The position numbers were made by a program, and so were the translations under genes. DNA of 64,000 nucleotides, from IMG/VR virus record IMGVR_UViG_3300015214_000026, positions 96,001-160,000 of that record; one strand, 5' to 3'. This stretch comes from a virus (taxonomy: Duplodnaviria > Caudoviricetes). Shown piece by piece: positions 1 to 10,667 of this stretch (position 1 is its first letter; every line of letters begins with the position of its first letter). A model generated the notes under the pieces. It worked only from the letters and a program-made list of their open reading frames with translations. It searched no databases and had not been told where the DNA came from.

Positions 1-3000
1 CGTAATATTTAGTAAAGGCTTCCAAATTACCGCCTGGAACCGTGTATGAAGTAAGATTGCTAGTTTCATTTGAATCAAAATCTATGTTAGAGAAACCTGC
101 ATTTTTAGAAAACTGATACTGTGAAGCGGCGTGCGAAGAAGTCGGGTCTTGAGATACATAAGAGGATGTGGTAATAGTAGGAGTTAGCGAAATACCAGTT
201 GATCCTGTAACTGGACTAGTTATTGTAGGAGCACTAGGCGTAGCTCTAACAGTAAACTTAGTAGGTATAGACCAAGGCCCAGCTCCAATAGTAGTTCCTA
301 TATGTCTTACTCTCCACCAATACGTAGTAAAATTACTAAGAGAGGCTCCTCCCGGAACTTGATGCTGAATTAAATCAGAAATAGCACCAGAATCATATAC
401 GGGAGACAAGAAATCAGCAGAAGTAGCTATTTGCCACTGTGAACTATCATGAGTATCTGCTATAGACCCACCATATGAGAAATTACTAGACTGTAGAATA
501 GGAGTATTAGCGACACTAGTAGCGTCAGAAGCGGGAGCAATATTAGATGGCTGCCCAATAAAACTGAAATCAGGTTGTGTAGCAAAAGCGGTAGGATCGG
601 ACCAAGATGACCATTTACCAACGGAGTCTTGATAACGACAACGCCACCAATACAGATTATTAACTTCCAACAAGTCTGCGCCCGCTGGCACTGTAAACGT
701 AGTACCTGCACCTTCTAACACGTAAGTATGCTGAATAACATCTGAATCGCCGGCTAGAATACCATATGGTTCAGCATTCATACCTACAGCATTAAACTGG
801 GTACTAATACCAGAACCCGCTGGACGTTTTACCCAAGTTTGACCTCTATTATAAGAAGTCTGAATTTCACCGCTAGCGCCTACTGCTACTGCTTTACTAT
901 CTAACATGGTTACAGCCATGAAACTACCACCGTAACCACTAGCAGCGGAACGTGTAGTCCAAGTAGAACCAAAATCAGACGACGTTTGTATAGTACCATT
1001 AGCGCCAACCGCGATGGCATAACCACCTTCTGTAAGGGTTACGCTATAGAAAGTACCATTGAAAGCAGCGGCGGGGGTACGTACTGACCAATTAACACCG
1101 TAGTCAGCAGAAGTATGAATAGCCCCATTAGCTCCTACCGCAATACAACGGCCCGCTGTAGTCATAGCTACATCATAAAATGTACCCGTATAACCACCGG
1201 CAGTCATCACTGACGACCAGATAGATCCTTTATTGATAGACGATAATATCTTCCCACTAGCACCTACTGCAACCGCATAGGATTCATGGGCAGCCACGCC
1301 CATAATATTACCCGCAAATCCATCAACACTGGCGGCAGCCACCCAATTAGCGCCGTAATCTGTTGTATACACAACTCTACCAGTATTACCAACAGCTATA
1401 ATAGTATCCGAATGATTCCAAGCTACATCCCGTAAATCTCCTGAACCTACACCGGGTGTTACCGCCTCCCAAGTAAGTCCGCCATCTTCTGTATATATAG
1501 CTTTATTAGATGCGCCGACCATGATAGCTTCACGATCACTCAGCATTTCTATAGCATAGAATGTACCTGTTTGACCTGCTACGTTTACCCACGATACGAG
1601 AGTATCGCTAGAGGTATTGAGAACCATATCATAGAAAGATACATCTCTACTTATCTGGAAATGCGCACCAATTTGAGGCAATCCATATAACGATCTATAC
1701 GTAGAACCGGATAAAGTAGGGGTTACAGAAATATTAGTAGCTTGATCGGCGGGGGAAATATTTGTAGGCTTTTCAATACGATCAGAATCAAAATTCTGGT
1801 ATTGAGTAATAAGGGCAAAGCTATTAACTACTTCTCTATGGCCAGGAGTACCTTTATACGATATCCAAAACTCTATGGAAGTGTTACCGATAGGTATCCT
1901 ATACTCTTCTTCAGTAAACTGCGTAAATTCAACGCCATACGTCCGTACTAATTCAGCTTCTTTCCATATATCTGTACCAGCTTCCTTATATCGGACTTCA
2001 TACAGACCAGAACTATCAATACTATTACGCTGGATAATTAAAGAACCACCCGGCCAAGAATGTAGTGTACGAATAGGTCTAGAAAAGTATTCCTGATTAC
2101 CAAATACAGTAGCTGTACCGTCATTATTTATTTCAAACGACGTAGAACCTATTCTAGCACCGGCAGAAGCGGATACAGATATATTAAGGGTCTCTACCGC
2201 TCGTATAGTAGTTGGGCTGATGACACTAAATACTTCAATTATTGCTCTAGCTCCAGTGTCATCAAAAATGACATACTGATTACCGGGAGTGAAAGCATAT
2301 GCGTTTTCAACAGTTACAGTATCATCATTCTGCATGGTAGTGACACCTTGCGAAGATGGTAACTGACGCATGTTAAAGTCACGATTAGGAACCCAAAATT
2401 CCCAAGCGTAACCTTCATCATCATATCGCCACTGAAGTAAAAGGCCTCTCTTGGCTAGATTGATTTCACTAGTAGCAGAATCAAAAGCTATGGTTAACCA
2501 TTCATTGTCAACATATATTTTAAGGGTATTATTGTAATACCAATAAGACCCCTGCGCGGGTTCCTCTGGTTCGTCACCAATAACTACGTTTGCTTCACTA
2601 CCTATATAAGTATATGTAGTGCCAGTCCACATCATAAGACGAAAATCTTCTATTGATGTAGCATCGATATATACAAAAGGTCCTGGCGCAGAAGGTAGGC
2701 GATTATATTCGCGTATTACAGGAATACCAATAGGTTCATAAATTTGATCTATGTTATTCCAAACATAAATAGTATCTTGATACCTATAAAGAGGATATTC
2801 AAGAGTAGAAGGCAATACTTCCACAAATGGAATATTACGTAGATCGAAGCCATCGGATAACAAAGCCATAAGCTCTGGGCTAAGGTCGATAGACATTGAA
2901 TAGGTATCAGGTAATAATGGATTGGGCATAACTGGCCCAACTGAAATACTACTTGTGTCAGAAGTTACAGTAACATTATTAAATTCACCGGGTTCATTTC

Positions 3001-3292
3001 TATAAACAAAACCCTGATTTTTATTTAACTCCGCAGGCTTAATACCATCAATGGTACCGCCCTCTTTTAATAACAGATTCGCAAACTGTGCGTAATCAAT
3101 GTCATTAAAATTGAAAACACCAGTAGATTTTTCCGACATAATACGTGGAGGATTGGGTGTATCATCACCTACACGAAATGTCTTGGTATCTACATCCCAG
3201 AGCATTTCCGCAAGTTTAGCTGCCGGTACTTGATTGGCAAGACCATACCTTGCAAGAACATGAAATTTATATCCAGCGAGTAATGACGACAT
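1..3292 (-). CDS. Large tail fibre/receptor-binding protein (3'-partial, >1090 aa) with an Asp-box beta-propeller and tandem FN3/Ig-like repeats
   Basis: Absent from the ORF track because it runs off the window. Manual translation is open from ATG 3292 (MSSLLAGYKFHVLAR) to the edge. Asp-box blades TEDGGLTW, TTDYGANW, SINKGSIW, SADYGVNW, SSDFGSTW, SYNRGQTW; FN3-like repeats ending YWWR...WS.PT.F. Confidence 0.85.
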   Translation of the reverse strand, partial: MSSLLAGYKFHVLARYGLANQVPAAKLAEMLWDVDTKTFRVGDDTPNPPRIMSEKSTGVFNFNDIDYAQFANLLLKEGGTIDGIKPAELNKNQGFVYRNEPGEFNNVTVTSDTSSISVGPVMPNPLLPDTYSMSIDLSPELMALLSDGFDLRNIPFVEVLPSTLEYPLYRYQDTIYVWNNIDQIYEPIGIPVIREYNRLPSAPGPFVYIDATSIEDFRLMMWTGTTYTYIGSEANVVIGDEPEEPAQGSYWYYNNTLKIYVDNEWLTIAFDSATSEINLAKRGLLLQWRYDDEGYAWEFWVPNRDFNMRQLPSSQGVTTMQNDDTVTVENAYAFTPGNQYVIFDDTGARAIIEVFSVISPTTIRAVETLNISVSASAGARIGSTSFEINNDGTATVFGNQEYFSRPIRTLHSWPGGSLIIQRNSIDSSGLYEVRYKEAGTDIWKEAELVRTYGVEFTQFTEEEYRIPIGNTSIEFWISYKGTPGHREVVNSFALITQYQNFDSDRIEKPTNISPADQATNISVTPTLSGSTYRSLYGLPQIGAHFQISRDVSFYDMVLNTSSDTLVSWVNVAGQTGTFYAIEMLSDREAIMVGASNKAIYTEDGGLTWEAVTPGVGSGDLRDVAWNHSDTIIAVGNTGRVVYTTDYGANWVAAASVDGFAGNIMGVAAHESYAVAVGASGKILSSINKGSIWSSVMTAGGYTGTFYDVAMTTAGRCIAVGANGAIHTSADYGVNWSVRTPAAAFNGTFYSVTLTEGGYAIAVGANGTIQTSSDFGSTWTTRSAASGYGGSFMAVTMLDSKAVAVGASGEIQTSYNRGQTWVKRPAGSGISTQFNAVGMNAEPYGILAGDSDVIQHTYVLEGAGTTFTVPAGADLLEVNNLYWWRCRYQDSVGKWSSWSDPTAFATQPDFSFIGQPSNIAPASDATSVANTPILQSSNFSYGGSIADTHDSSQWQIATSADFLSPVYDSGAISDLIQHQVPGGASLSNFTTYWWRVRHIGTTIGAGPWSIPTKFTVRATPSAPTITSPVTGSTGISLTPTITTSSYVSQDPTSSHAASQYQFSKNAGFSNIDFDSNETSNLTSYTVPGGNLEAFTKYY

Positions 3293-3315
3293 TGTTGCTG
3301 TCTCTTTTCAATAAA

Positions 3316-4503
3316 TTATAAATCAGGAGTTGGAGACGGGGCCGAATACGCCGCGTATTTAACTATAAAATTTGTTGCAGAAGTATCATGAACAGATATA
3401 TTAAATCCAGTGGTATCCATATCAGAAGACACAGCATTACCATCAGATGGATTTAAAATCTCTACTTTATTAGGTGTTACAACAAATGAATCTAAAGTAA
3501 CGGGATAATCTACCGCGTCTTGACCAATTAATAAACGACCTTCAGCATATATTGTATCTACTAATGACTGTTCAACATTCTTTGCTCGGCGCTCTAAAAT
3601 ACCTGGCGTAGTACCTATGTTAACCTGTAGACCACATACTAACCAATCATTGATAAAAGATGTATCTTTACCGGGTTCAAATAAAGTATCCACAGCCCAC
3701 CATTTAGACGAGGATGGAGGCATATAACAAGGAAATGATACTAGCTCCCATTCTCCTGTTCCAGTAACTTCCATGGAAGCTAAATGAGCGTCTAATTCTG
3801 ATAGGGCTTTAATTGTTGTGGTAACACCCGGCTGACCTTTTATTCTAAGCGTTACAGTGACAAATCTATTTTGAACAAATTTATAATCAAAAAAGAACGA
3901 ACGGACACCGCAGTTAGTTACATTACCCGAAGATGATATTCGTAATACTCTTTCAAAAGCAACATCATCCGCTTCTGTATCTTCTGTCTCAAACGAAGCG
4001 GTTAAATATCCAGCACTAGAAGGATACGAATATACGTACCAATTAGGTGCAAACATACAAGTATTTCCGTCAATACCCGTAGTAAAATTAACTTCGGCTC
4101 CAATATTTCTAGTAATAGTTAAATTACCATTGATAGCTAAATTTGAAGAACCCGCTATTTCAGTGATTTCACCATTAGCCCTAAGAAAAACTGCCCCATT
4201 AGGGGTCAATTCCATATATATTTCATTTGTTTTTTCGTTCTGAAATTTAATAGAGTCTTGATTAGTAAAGTCAAGTACTATATTATTTATTTCAGTTTCA
4301 GACACCATGCCTGTCAATTTCTGATATTGATTTAATATCAGGTTATCATCTACCCATCTAGGCAACCATCTAATAGTAGTGGCATCTTCATTTGTAAATA
4401 CACCAAATCGTCTATTTACATCGTCATAAAACATTTCGCCTATATAGACGAGCTCATTTTCACTAACAGCACTGGCTCGCCTAGCTTGAATACGTAAGGT
4501 CAT
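3316..4503 (-). CDS. Tail/baseplate-associated structural protein with a possible carbohydrate-binding jelly-roll region
   Basis: 399-aa ORF; ATG 4503 follows GGAG; beta-rich; in the fibre cluster. Confidence 0.6.
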   Translation of the reverse strand: MTLRIQARRASAVSENELVYIGEMFYDDVNRRFGVFTNEDATTIRWLPRWVDDNLILNQYQKLTGMVSETEINNIVLDFTNQDSIKFQNEKTNEIYMELTPNGAVFLRANGEITEIAGSSNLAINGNLTITRNIGAEVNFTTGIDGNTCMFAPNWYVYSYPSSAGYLTASFETEDTEADDVAFERVLRISSSGNVTNCGVRSFFFDYKFVQNRFVTVTLRIKGQPGVTTTIKALSELDAHLASMEVTGTGEWELVSFPCYMPPSSSKWWAVDTLFEPGKDTSFINDWLVCGLQVNIGTTPGILERRAKNVEQSLVDTIYAEGRLLIGQDAVDYPVTLDSFVVTPNKVEILNPSDGNAVSSDMDTTGFNISVHDTSATNFIVKYAAYSAPSPTPDL

Positions 4504-4515
4504 CGTTAACTCCAA

Positions 4516-5340
4516 TTAATATGGCAAGCCGCCAACAATTTGACCGTCATTGCTTACACCGTCTATATAATCCGAACCACCTACCGTAGCAGAATATTCA
4601 GAATCCGGTGTAGTATATAAATATCCAGAAATAAAATCATATTGAGTAGGAGAATAACTATCACCTTTAATACCACCATCTAAAATACCAAATTTAGGAT
4701 CGCGGTAATTCTGGAACATAGCTATACCCCAATATGTACCATCGCTTCTCTTAGAAACCATAGCGGGGGATTTAGTACGAGTATCATAGTTAACTACAAA
4801 CTGGGAATAAGGATTCAAAGAAGGCGGCGGCACAGAACTTTCAGTATCAAAAAATGAAAGATTGGCATATTCAGCAGTTACTACTGTAACGCTAGGAACA
4901 GGTCCAAAAATAGAATGTTTTATATCAACATGAATAACAAAACGGCTACCCGGAACAGGTGCTGCCAAAGTTTCATTTAAATTGGGATCGCTACGAATCT
5001 TCTGTACTGCAAAAGGAAGGCTTATAGATAAAAAGGGTATTTCTGTACCATCTAAATGAGTACCAAATACTACTAAATTACCCATTGAAAATGGTCCAAT
5101 ACTTTCAGGCAATAAAATAGTATGTCTAACTGTATCATCAGCAATAGCTTTACTTTGAGTAAGACCGGCGTAACCAGTAAATACTATATCACCTCTAGCA
5201 ACTTCATCTGTTTCAGAAGGTTCAAATCCAAATTCTGTACCAATCTGAAAACTATGAATAGACATTACACTGAAGCCAGTTAGAGCCCCAGTGACTAATC
5301 TTTTACCTTTAGCAACAAATTTTGCTTTAATATCAGCCAT
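4516..5340 (-). CDS. Baseplate/tail-fibre attachment protein (P2 gpH N-terminal/DUF3751-like)
   Basis: N-terminal G..L...F.IG pattern and GPF..GN.L motif; paralogous to 5396-6622. Confidence 0.55.
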   Translation of the reverse strand: MADIKAKFVAKGKRLVTGALTGFSVMSIHSFQIGTEFGFEPSETDEVARGDIVFTGYAGLTQSKAIADDTVRHTILLPESIGPFSMGNLVVFGTHLDGTEIPFLSISLPFAVQKIRSDPNLNETLAAPVPGSRFVIHVDIKHSIFGPVPSVTVVTAEYANLSFFDTESSVPPPSLNPYSQFVVNYDTRTKSPAMVSKRSDGTYWGIAMFQNYRDPKFGILDGGIKGDSYSPTQYDFISGYLYTTPDSEYSATVGGSDYIDGVSNDGQIVGGLPY

Positions 5341-5395
5341 TTTAATATCTCGTTACTTGTTGTAACAGAATTAACGTAAACAATGTGGATTTTCA

Positions 5396-6622
5396 CTAAT
5401 TAATTACACTCATTAGCTGTAATACTTCATTTGAAGGCTCATCGCCAAATCTAGCATAAGAATGCTTTTCTCCAAGCCATTTATTTTGTAAATTAGCTGT
5501 AGTACCTTCTCGTTCTATAACAAATACAGTAAATGGCGCATCGTCTATAGATACAGCAGGGCTACCATTCAAACTACCTCTAATTACAGATTGGAACCAT
5601 GACATTCCTATTTTAAACATAATTCCATCCGCTACATAGCCTACAGAAACTTCTTTAACTAAAATATCATCTAGAATGATTAGAAATTTTATATGCTTAT
5701 CATCTGGATCGCGAATAATTTTCATACTATTAGATTCGCTACCATAGTCCATCTGCCACAAGACTTCCATGTCAAATGAACCTATTGAAGCCGTAGCAGT
5801 AATTATGATAGCTCCACAGCTACACTGTACATCATACAGTGTATTACCCTCTATGTCTTCATACCCACCAACTTCATCAAAATACGTTTGTTTATTAGTA
5901 GTATTTAATTTAGGCCAACCCATCCAAAAATTATTAATCGAATAGTTAGCTTGTCTATTAGGCGATTTTCCAATTGGTAATACTTCTAGCCACGGATAGC
6001 GAGTTGCCCAAGTCTCGTATAATTCATCGTATTTTTTAATAAAGGGGTTACTCCAATAGTTTCTACCAGAGCTAATAACTATAGCGGGTGTATTTAATCT
6101 ACCGTCATTTTCTACAAATAATTGGTTAACTGGCTCTTCCCAAGCCCATCTGGTTACATCTAAATCAGTAGCAAATGTTTTGAAAGTAGCTACCTTCTGA
6201 TTAAGATTTGATAAATCAAAGCGATCAATTAAGCCTGGTATATTAATAATGATATTGAATATTAATTTCGTACCTACAGATGTTAGGGTAGTTTGAAATT
6301 TAAACATAGACGATTGAGAAATAGATATAAGAAAAGCTATACCATCATTCGCCCTAAGTAATATATTACCCGGTCTAAATTCAAGGACTTCTTTTCCTAT
6401 TTCACATGAAATCAATACTTCATCGGTGTGAATAGGCGTAATGAACATGGATTCAATTCCGCCTGTATGAAGTAATTGCCCAGCTACCGCAGTAGAATTT
6501 CTGTCTACAACCTCTCCAATACCCGACCCTATTTCGAATCCAGTAAAAACAATCTTTTCTATAATATCATTGCTCTGATCTTGTAATAACTCTAGGCCGG
6601 AGTTTAGAAGAAAGGTTTTCAT
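5396..6622 (-). CDS. Tail-fibre attachment protein paralogue with a C-terminal beta-sandwich (LamG-like) region
   Basis: First ~200 aa align by eye with 4516-5340 (FEIGSG/FQIGTE, FRPGNI/FSMGNL). Confidence 0.5.
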   Translation of the reverse strand: MKTFLLNSGLELLQDQSNDIIEKIVFTGFEIGSGIGEVVDRNSTAVAGQLLHTGGIESMFITPIHTDEVLISCEIGKEVLEFRPGNILLRANDGIAFLISISQSSMFKFQTTLTSVGTKLIFNIIINIPGLIDRFDLSNLNQKVATFKTFATDLDVTRWAWEEPVNQLFVENDGRLNTPAIVISSGRNYWSNPFIKKYDELYETWATRYPWLEVLPIGKSPNRQANYSINNFWMGWPKLNTTNKQTYFDEVGGYEDIEGNTLYDVQCSCGAIIITATASIGSFDMEVLWQMDYGSESNSMKIIRDPDDKHIKFLIILDDILVKEVSVGYVADGIMFKIGMSWFQSVIRGSLNGSPAVSIDDAPFTVFVIEREGTTANLQNKWLGEKHSYARFGDEPSNEVLQLMSVIN

Positions 6623-6635
6623 CTATTTATATCCA

Positions 6636-7019
6636 TTAATCTAACGAAGCAGTAATCGATCCAACAACGAAGGATAAAGTGTCATCTTCATTAATAGTAG
6701 CGGGAGTGATAGGTGTCCACATAAGTAAGTTTCCACCGCTAGCCGCATCGTATAACCCGGTAGCTACTACAGTACCAAAATCACCACCAGAAGCTAAATA
6801 AGTTATTAAATTAGAGTTAGAAACACTACCGTCGGTAACAGTATCAAATGTTAAAGATTTTCTTGTATAACCACCAGTAGTTACTTCCTGACCACCACCA
6901 GAATCCGAAGGAGCTACAGTAAATAAAGCTAAATGAATACCGGCTGGTGGGGTATAGGTGGGGCCACCAAAAATATGATTAAGTATAGCATTTTCCATGT
7001 AGTTTGTGAAGCTAGACAT
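6636..7019 (-). CDS. Small virion structural protein of a widespread phage family
   Basis: N..LNH.F, LALFT..P.D...G.EV..GGY.R, GLYDA.SGGNLL motifs; good RBS. Confidence 0.65.
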   Translation of the reverse strand: MSSFTNYMENAILNHIFGGPTYTPPAGIHLALFTVAPSDSGGGQEVTTGGYTRKSLTFDTVTDGSVSNSNLITYLASGGDFGTVVATGLYDAASGGNLLMWTPITPATINEDDTLSFVVGSITASLD

Positions 7020-7072
7020 TTTTATTTCCTATTTGAGTTTTCGTTTATTTAGAATTACAATAAATGTAACAA

Positions 7073-8119
7073 CTAATTATTTGCAGTTCCTCCTATTAAA
7101 GTACCACTGCCGCTATAATTTACTCTATTATATCCTAATATAGCGTATCCTGAAGCTCCACCAGGCGATCCGGCTACACCATTTCCATCGTTGCCGTTAG
7201 CACCTGTCGATCCAGTGTTACCAGAATTTCCATATGTTCCACCAGTGCCTCCAGTGCCTCCAGTACCCGCATTCGTTCCACCAGCTGCCCCAGAAGAACC
7301 TGATGCTTGAGCACCATCTATACCTTGACCTCTACCACCATTACCTCCAGCTCCGCCTACAGTGGGAGTCGGAAAATCACCTTGCCTATATAAAGCATGC
7401 TTACGCGCAAACTCATTGCTTGATTTCAATGTACCCCTATAATATGTAATACCATTTATTGTTTGTTGCGTGCTACTATAGGCACCCGATGTGTCGCTGT
7501 TAAAAACAGTTTCGCCATTCCAATAAATGGTAGTAGTATAAAAGGCATCGTACACATTTGACCTAAGCCATTGAAATGCCGGCGGGGAACTAGCATCATA
7601 ATATTCATCAGTTAACGGTTCTCTAGTATTTATCATTTCTATACCGTCGCCACCTTGTCCGCCTTTACCACCCCCTCCGCCGCCTCCTCTAATAATTCCA
7701 TTATTTATTACATTTAAGCTACCCGCAGAAATGTTAATAGCGTGACCACCTTGACCACCTACACCAGAAGTACCACCTATTCCGCCAATTCCAGAAACTA
7801 TACCATTAGATTGTATTTCTAATGTAACTTCGCCGCCGGGCGTACCAGCCATTGTTAATGGTCCGCGGGATGAATTAACTATCAAGCGTTTCTTTTTAGA
7901 AGACGCAAAATAGCCCGGTTCAGCTTGCTCAAATAAAAATCCTATACCTATTGATCCCGGATCAGAAGGAGCCACTACTACAAACTCCGCGGAATAAAAT
8001 GGCACCCATACTCCAGATTGGCGCACATATCCGGTTTGTACTTGGGTCCATGATCCACCAACTTTGGCGAACCAATCTGCTTCTTTCCATGTTCCTGAAT
8101 GTTTAACTAATCCCGGCAT
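7073..8119 (-). CDS. T-even gp38-like glycine-rich tail-fibre adhesin
   Basis: Trp-rich N-terminus (KVGGSW, SGVW), NNGIIRGGGGGGG and polyglycine segments; directly downstream of a fibre gene. Confidence 0.75.
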   Translation of the reverse strand: MPGLVKHSGTWKEADWFAKVGGSWTQVQTGYVRQSGVWVPFYSAEFVVVAPSDPGSIGIGFLFEQAEPGYFASSKKKRLIVNSSRGPLTMAGTPGGEVTLEIQSNGIVSGIGGIGGTSGVGGQGGHAINISAGSLNVINNGIIRGGGGGGGKGGQGGDGIEMINTREPLTDEYYDASSPPAFQWLRSNVYDAFYTTTIYWNGETVFNSDTSGAYSSTQQTINGITYYRGTLKSSNEFARKHALYRQGDFPTPTVGGAGGNGGRGQGIDGAQASGSSGAAGGTNAGTGGTGGTGGTYGNSGNTGSTGANGNDGNGVAGSPGGASGYAILGYNRVNYSGSGTLIGGTANN

Positions 8120-8121
8120 AA

Positions 8122-9225
8122 TTATACCTGCAACCAAACATCGCCATCTGCGCCTCCGGATGGCGCTGATTCTGAAATAGTAACATTACGAAAAGCCATA
8201 CTTCCTAATGTATACGTATTGAATGTAAAACCGCCGGAGGCTGTCCAATGAATTGTTTGATCTTGGACTAACATACGTGCGTCATAATCTACTGCTGGAT
8301 AGCTAGTTATATAATCATGATATAATATACCCGCTGATTGTCTAGCATATCCGTATTCTGCTATACCATTAATATTCGCATTATAGGACATAAATGAATC
8401 CAGTCCTGTAATAGTATTGGTTGCCTGTTGTCCTGTATGGTTGGCTCTGTTTAGTAGAGTAGCATCAGAAGAATTAACTGTGGCTCCAGCAGCTATACCG
8501 TTTAATTTAGATTTCTCTGCCGACAAAAAGGATTCTACAGAATTAGGTATATAATCTGTAATATTAGTATAATTTGATAAACTAGTTACAATTTCGCTAG
8601 TCCAATTTTTACAATAATCATCAGTTACATTATGACTAAATCTGGCGGAAGAGATCACTATATGAGGATATCGCCAGATAGAATCTATATTGCCTAATAT
8701 AACGCATATTCTATTAGATTTTAAAGCAAATCGAACAGGTATTTCCCTATTACCAATAGTGATTTTGTTAGTTGACTCCCAATTTGAACCACTAAAATAA
8801 CCCTGTACTATTAATTTTGTAGTTCTTCCGGCTCCCGGTGTTTCAAATATATGAGCATCAATTTCTAATTGAAACATAGCTTTGTTTGTATTAGGCGCTA
8901 CAAATACCAAAGCCCCTACAGTATTAGACAAATTTGTTCGTAATTCACATAAATTAACTACAGTCCTGGCTTGAAAATCTACAGAACCAGTACCAGGCAT
9001 AGAAAATACGGTATTACTACCATTTGTTTTAATTGAAGCACTAGAATACGTACCAGATAATTGTGTATTACCTACCGCACCGTCTAATTCATTAAAATTA
9101 TAAGTCTTCTCATCAAATTCGTCTACAATAGCTTCCAACGTATCGCGAACATTTTTAGGCTTAATTAGACGTTCTTCGTTATCTGGGATTTGAGCTTCGA
9201 TTATATTTTTGAGTTCTTGACTCAT
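8122..9225 (-). CDS. Tail fibre protein
   Basis: EKSKLNGIAAGA, RANHTG.Q and DYDAR fibre motifs; ends P.GG.DGDVW.QV; precedes the adhesin. Confidence 0.75.
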   Translation of the reverse strand: MSQELKNIIEAQIPDNEERLIKPKNVRDTLEAIVDEFDEKTYNFNELDGAVGNTQLSGTYSSASIKTNGSNTVFSMPGTGSVDFQARTVVNLCELRTNLSNTVGALVFVAPNTNKAMFQLEIDAHIFETPGAGRTTKLIVQGYFSGSNWESTNKITIGNREIPVRFALKSNRICVILGNIDSIWRYPHIVISSARFSHNVTDDYCKNWTSEIVTSLSNYTNITDYIPNSVESFLSAEKSKLNGIAAGATVNSSDATLLNRANHTGQQATNTITGLDSFMSYNANINGIAEYGYARQSAGILYHDYITSYPAVDYDARMLVQDQTIHWTASGGFTFNTYTLGSMAFRNVTISESAPSGGADGDVWLQV

Positions 9226-9272
9226 GCGTCTATTCCTTACTTTAAATTATTACAAATCATTAACATAAATTA

Positions 9273-10661
9273 TCATTTATAACCATCATCAAAAGCTTCT
9301 AAATCAAAGGCCCCACTATAAATAGTTGTAAAATTAGATACGACATTATAAGTAGATAGGCCCTTCTTCTTAACTGTATAAGAAATATCTAAATTGGAGT
9401 AACCATTGCTGTGCATAATTCTATTTATTATAGATTTTCTGGCAGTAATTAATAAAGAGTTTCCTTCAAAATTTATATCTCTATAAATAAATTGAATGCG
9501 ATCAGCAAATAGACTGCTATTTCCATAATAGGTACTAATAGCAAATTCCGTAGCAGGAATAGTTATAAAGGATGATTTTGCTTGATATTTAGATAACCTA
9601 CCTAAATCCGTATTTGATTTATATATAGAATTAGAAGTAAATTCTATACTTCTATATATCGATCTGGCGGATAATACCCAATTATGTTCGTAAGGATCAT
9701 AATCAGGGTCTATTTCTTCAAAATAACTATCTAAAAAAATATAAGTTCCTAAATTAATGTCTATTTGAGGAATAGGCTCAGTATACCCAGCTTCTATTAC
9801 AGTATGCGGTTCCCATTTATATCTAGACAATATGTTGCCGTCTATTTGAGGAACCAATACCGCATGAGTTTCTACTTCGATTTCAATAGAACCAACAATA
9901 CGATTAAGAACTAGTTCAATTGGCGCAAAATAATAAAATAGGTTTATAAGATCATTAAATCCTACATTTGGAGAGGCGAGAACATCGTATTCCATATCTA
10001 CATGTGAAGTAAGGTATTGTGTGCCTGTTGAGGCTGTATCGATTAACCTAACAGGATCATTTACCTCACTTTCAGGTATGAGGTATTCATAAAAATCAAA
10101 GCCAGGATCAGTATTATTGGCATAATCGCCTTGATCTCTAGTCCATAATTGAACCAGAGATATACGCATTCCTTTTATAAATCCTATAAAATCTATAAAA
10201 TCTCTTTCACCAGAATTTTGATGCTTCCAATAACTGCCCGCATAGTCTACTAATCTAGCGTACTCTGCGTCTGAAATATAATCAGAATAATAGTCCACCC
10301 CCGCAAATGCTGCTTGATTGATAAGAGTTTTTCTATCCTGTAATACTTCTTTATACGCTACGATTGCGTTACCGTTACCTAAACCTAATGTAATTTTAGC
10401 GTAATGAGAACCATCATCCTCTTGTATAATTTTTACATCAGCTACTCGACCACGTTCGATTCCTCTAGATGTTTCTACATCTAAGTAATCACCACGTTTA
10501 ATATGCTGAGAACTGCGTATCCTAGATAAACGAGAGAGCGGTTCACCAATTTGCTCGTCTAAAACTTTAGATGTAGTTTTATACAGACTTTCAAATATAG
10601 GGTTATAACTAAGATTATAGTTAAGTAGTTTTACAAAATCTGGTTTATTTTTATTGCGCAT
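9273..10661 (-). CDS. Baseplate wedge protein (gpI/gp7-like position)
   Basis: Follows the baseplate J-like gene; LFYYFAP..LV motif; assignment mainly by synteny. Confidence 0.5.
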   Translation of the reverse strand: MRNKNKPDFVKLLNYNLSYNPIFESLYKTTSKVLDEQIGEPLSRLSRIRSSQHIKRGDYLDVETSRGIERGRVADVKIIQEDDGSHYAKITLGLGNGNAIVAYKEVLQDRKTLINQAAFAGVDYYSDYISDAEYARLVDYAGSYWKHQNSGERDFIDFIGFIKGMRISLVQLWTRDQGDYANNTDPGFDFYEYLIPESEVNDPVRLIDTASTGTQYLTSHVDMEYDVLASPNVGFNDLINLFYYFAPIELVLNRIVGSIEIEVETHAVLVPQIDGNILSRYKWEPHTVIEAGYTEPIPQIDINLGTYIFLDSYFEEIDPDYDPYEHNWVLSARSIYRSIEFTSNSIYKSNTDLGRLSKYQAKSSFITIPATEFAISTYYGNSSLFADRIQFIYRDINFEGNSLLITARKSIINRIMHSNGYSNLDISYTVKKKGLSTYNVVSNFTTIYSGAFDLEAFDDGYK

Positions 10662-10667
10662 TGTATA

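Noticed and set aside
168-2940. Short ORFs listed in the first 3 kb
   Set aside because: All overlap, antisense or out of frame, a single open minus-strand gene from 3292 to the window edge.
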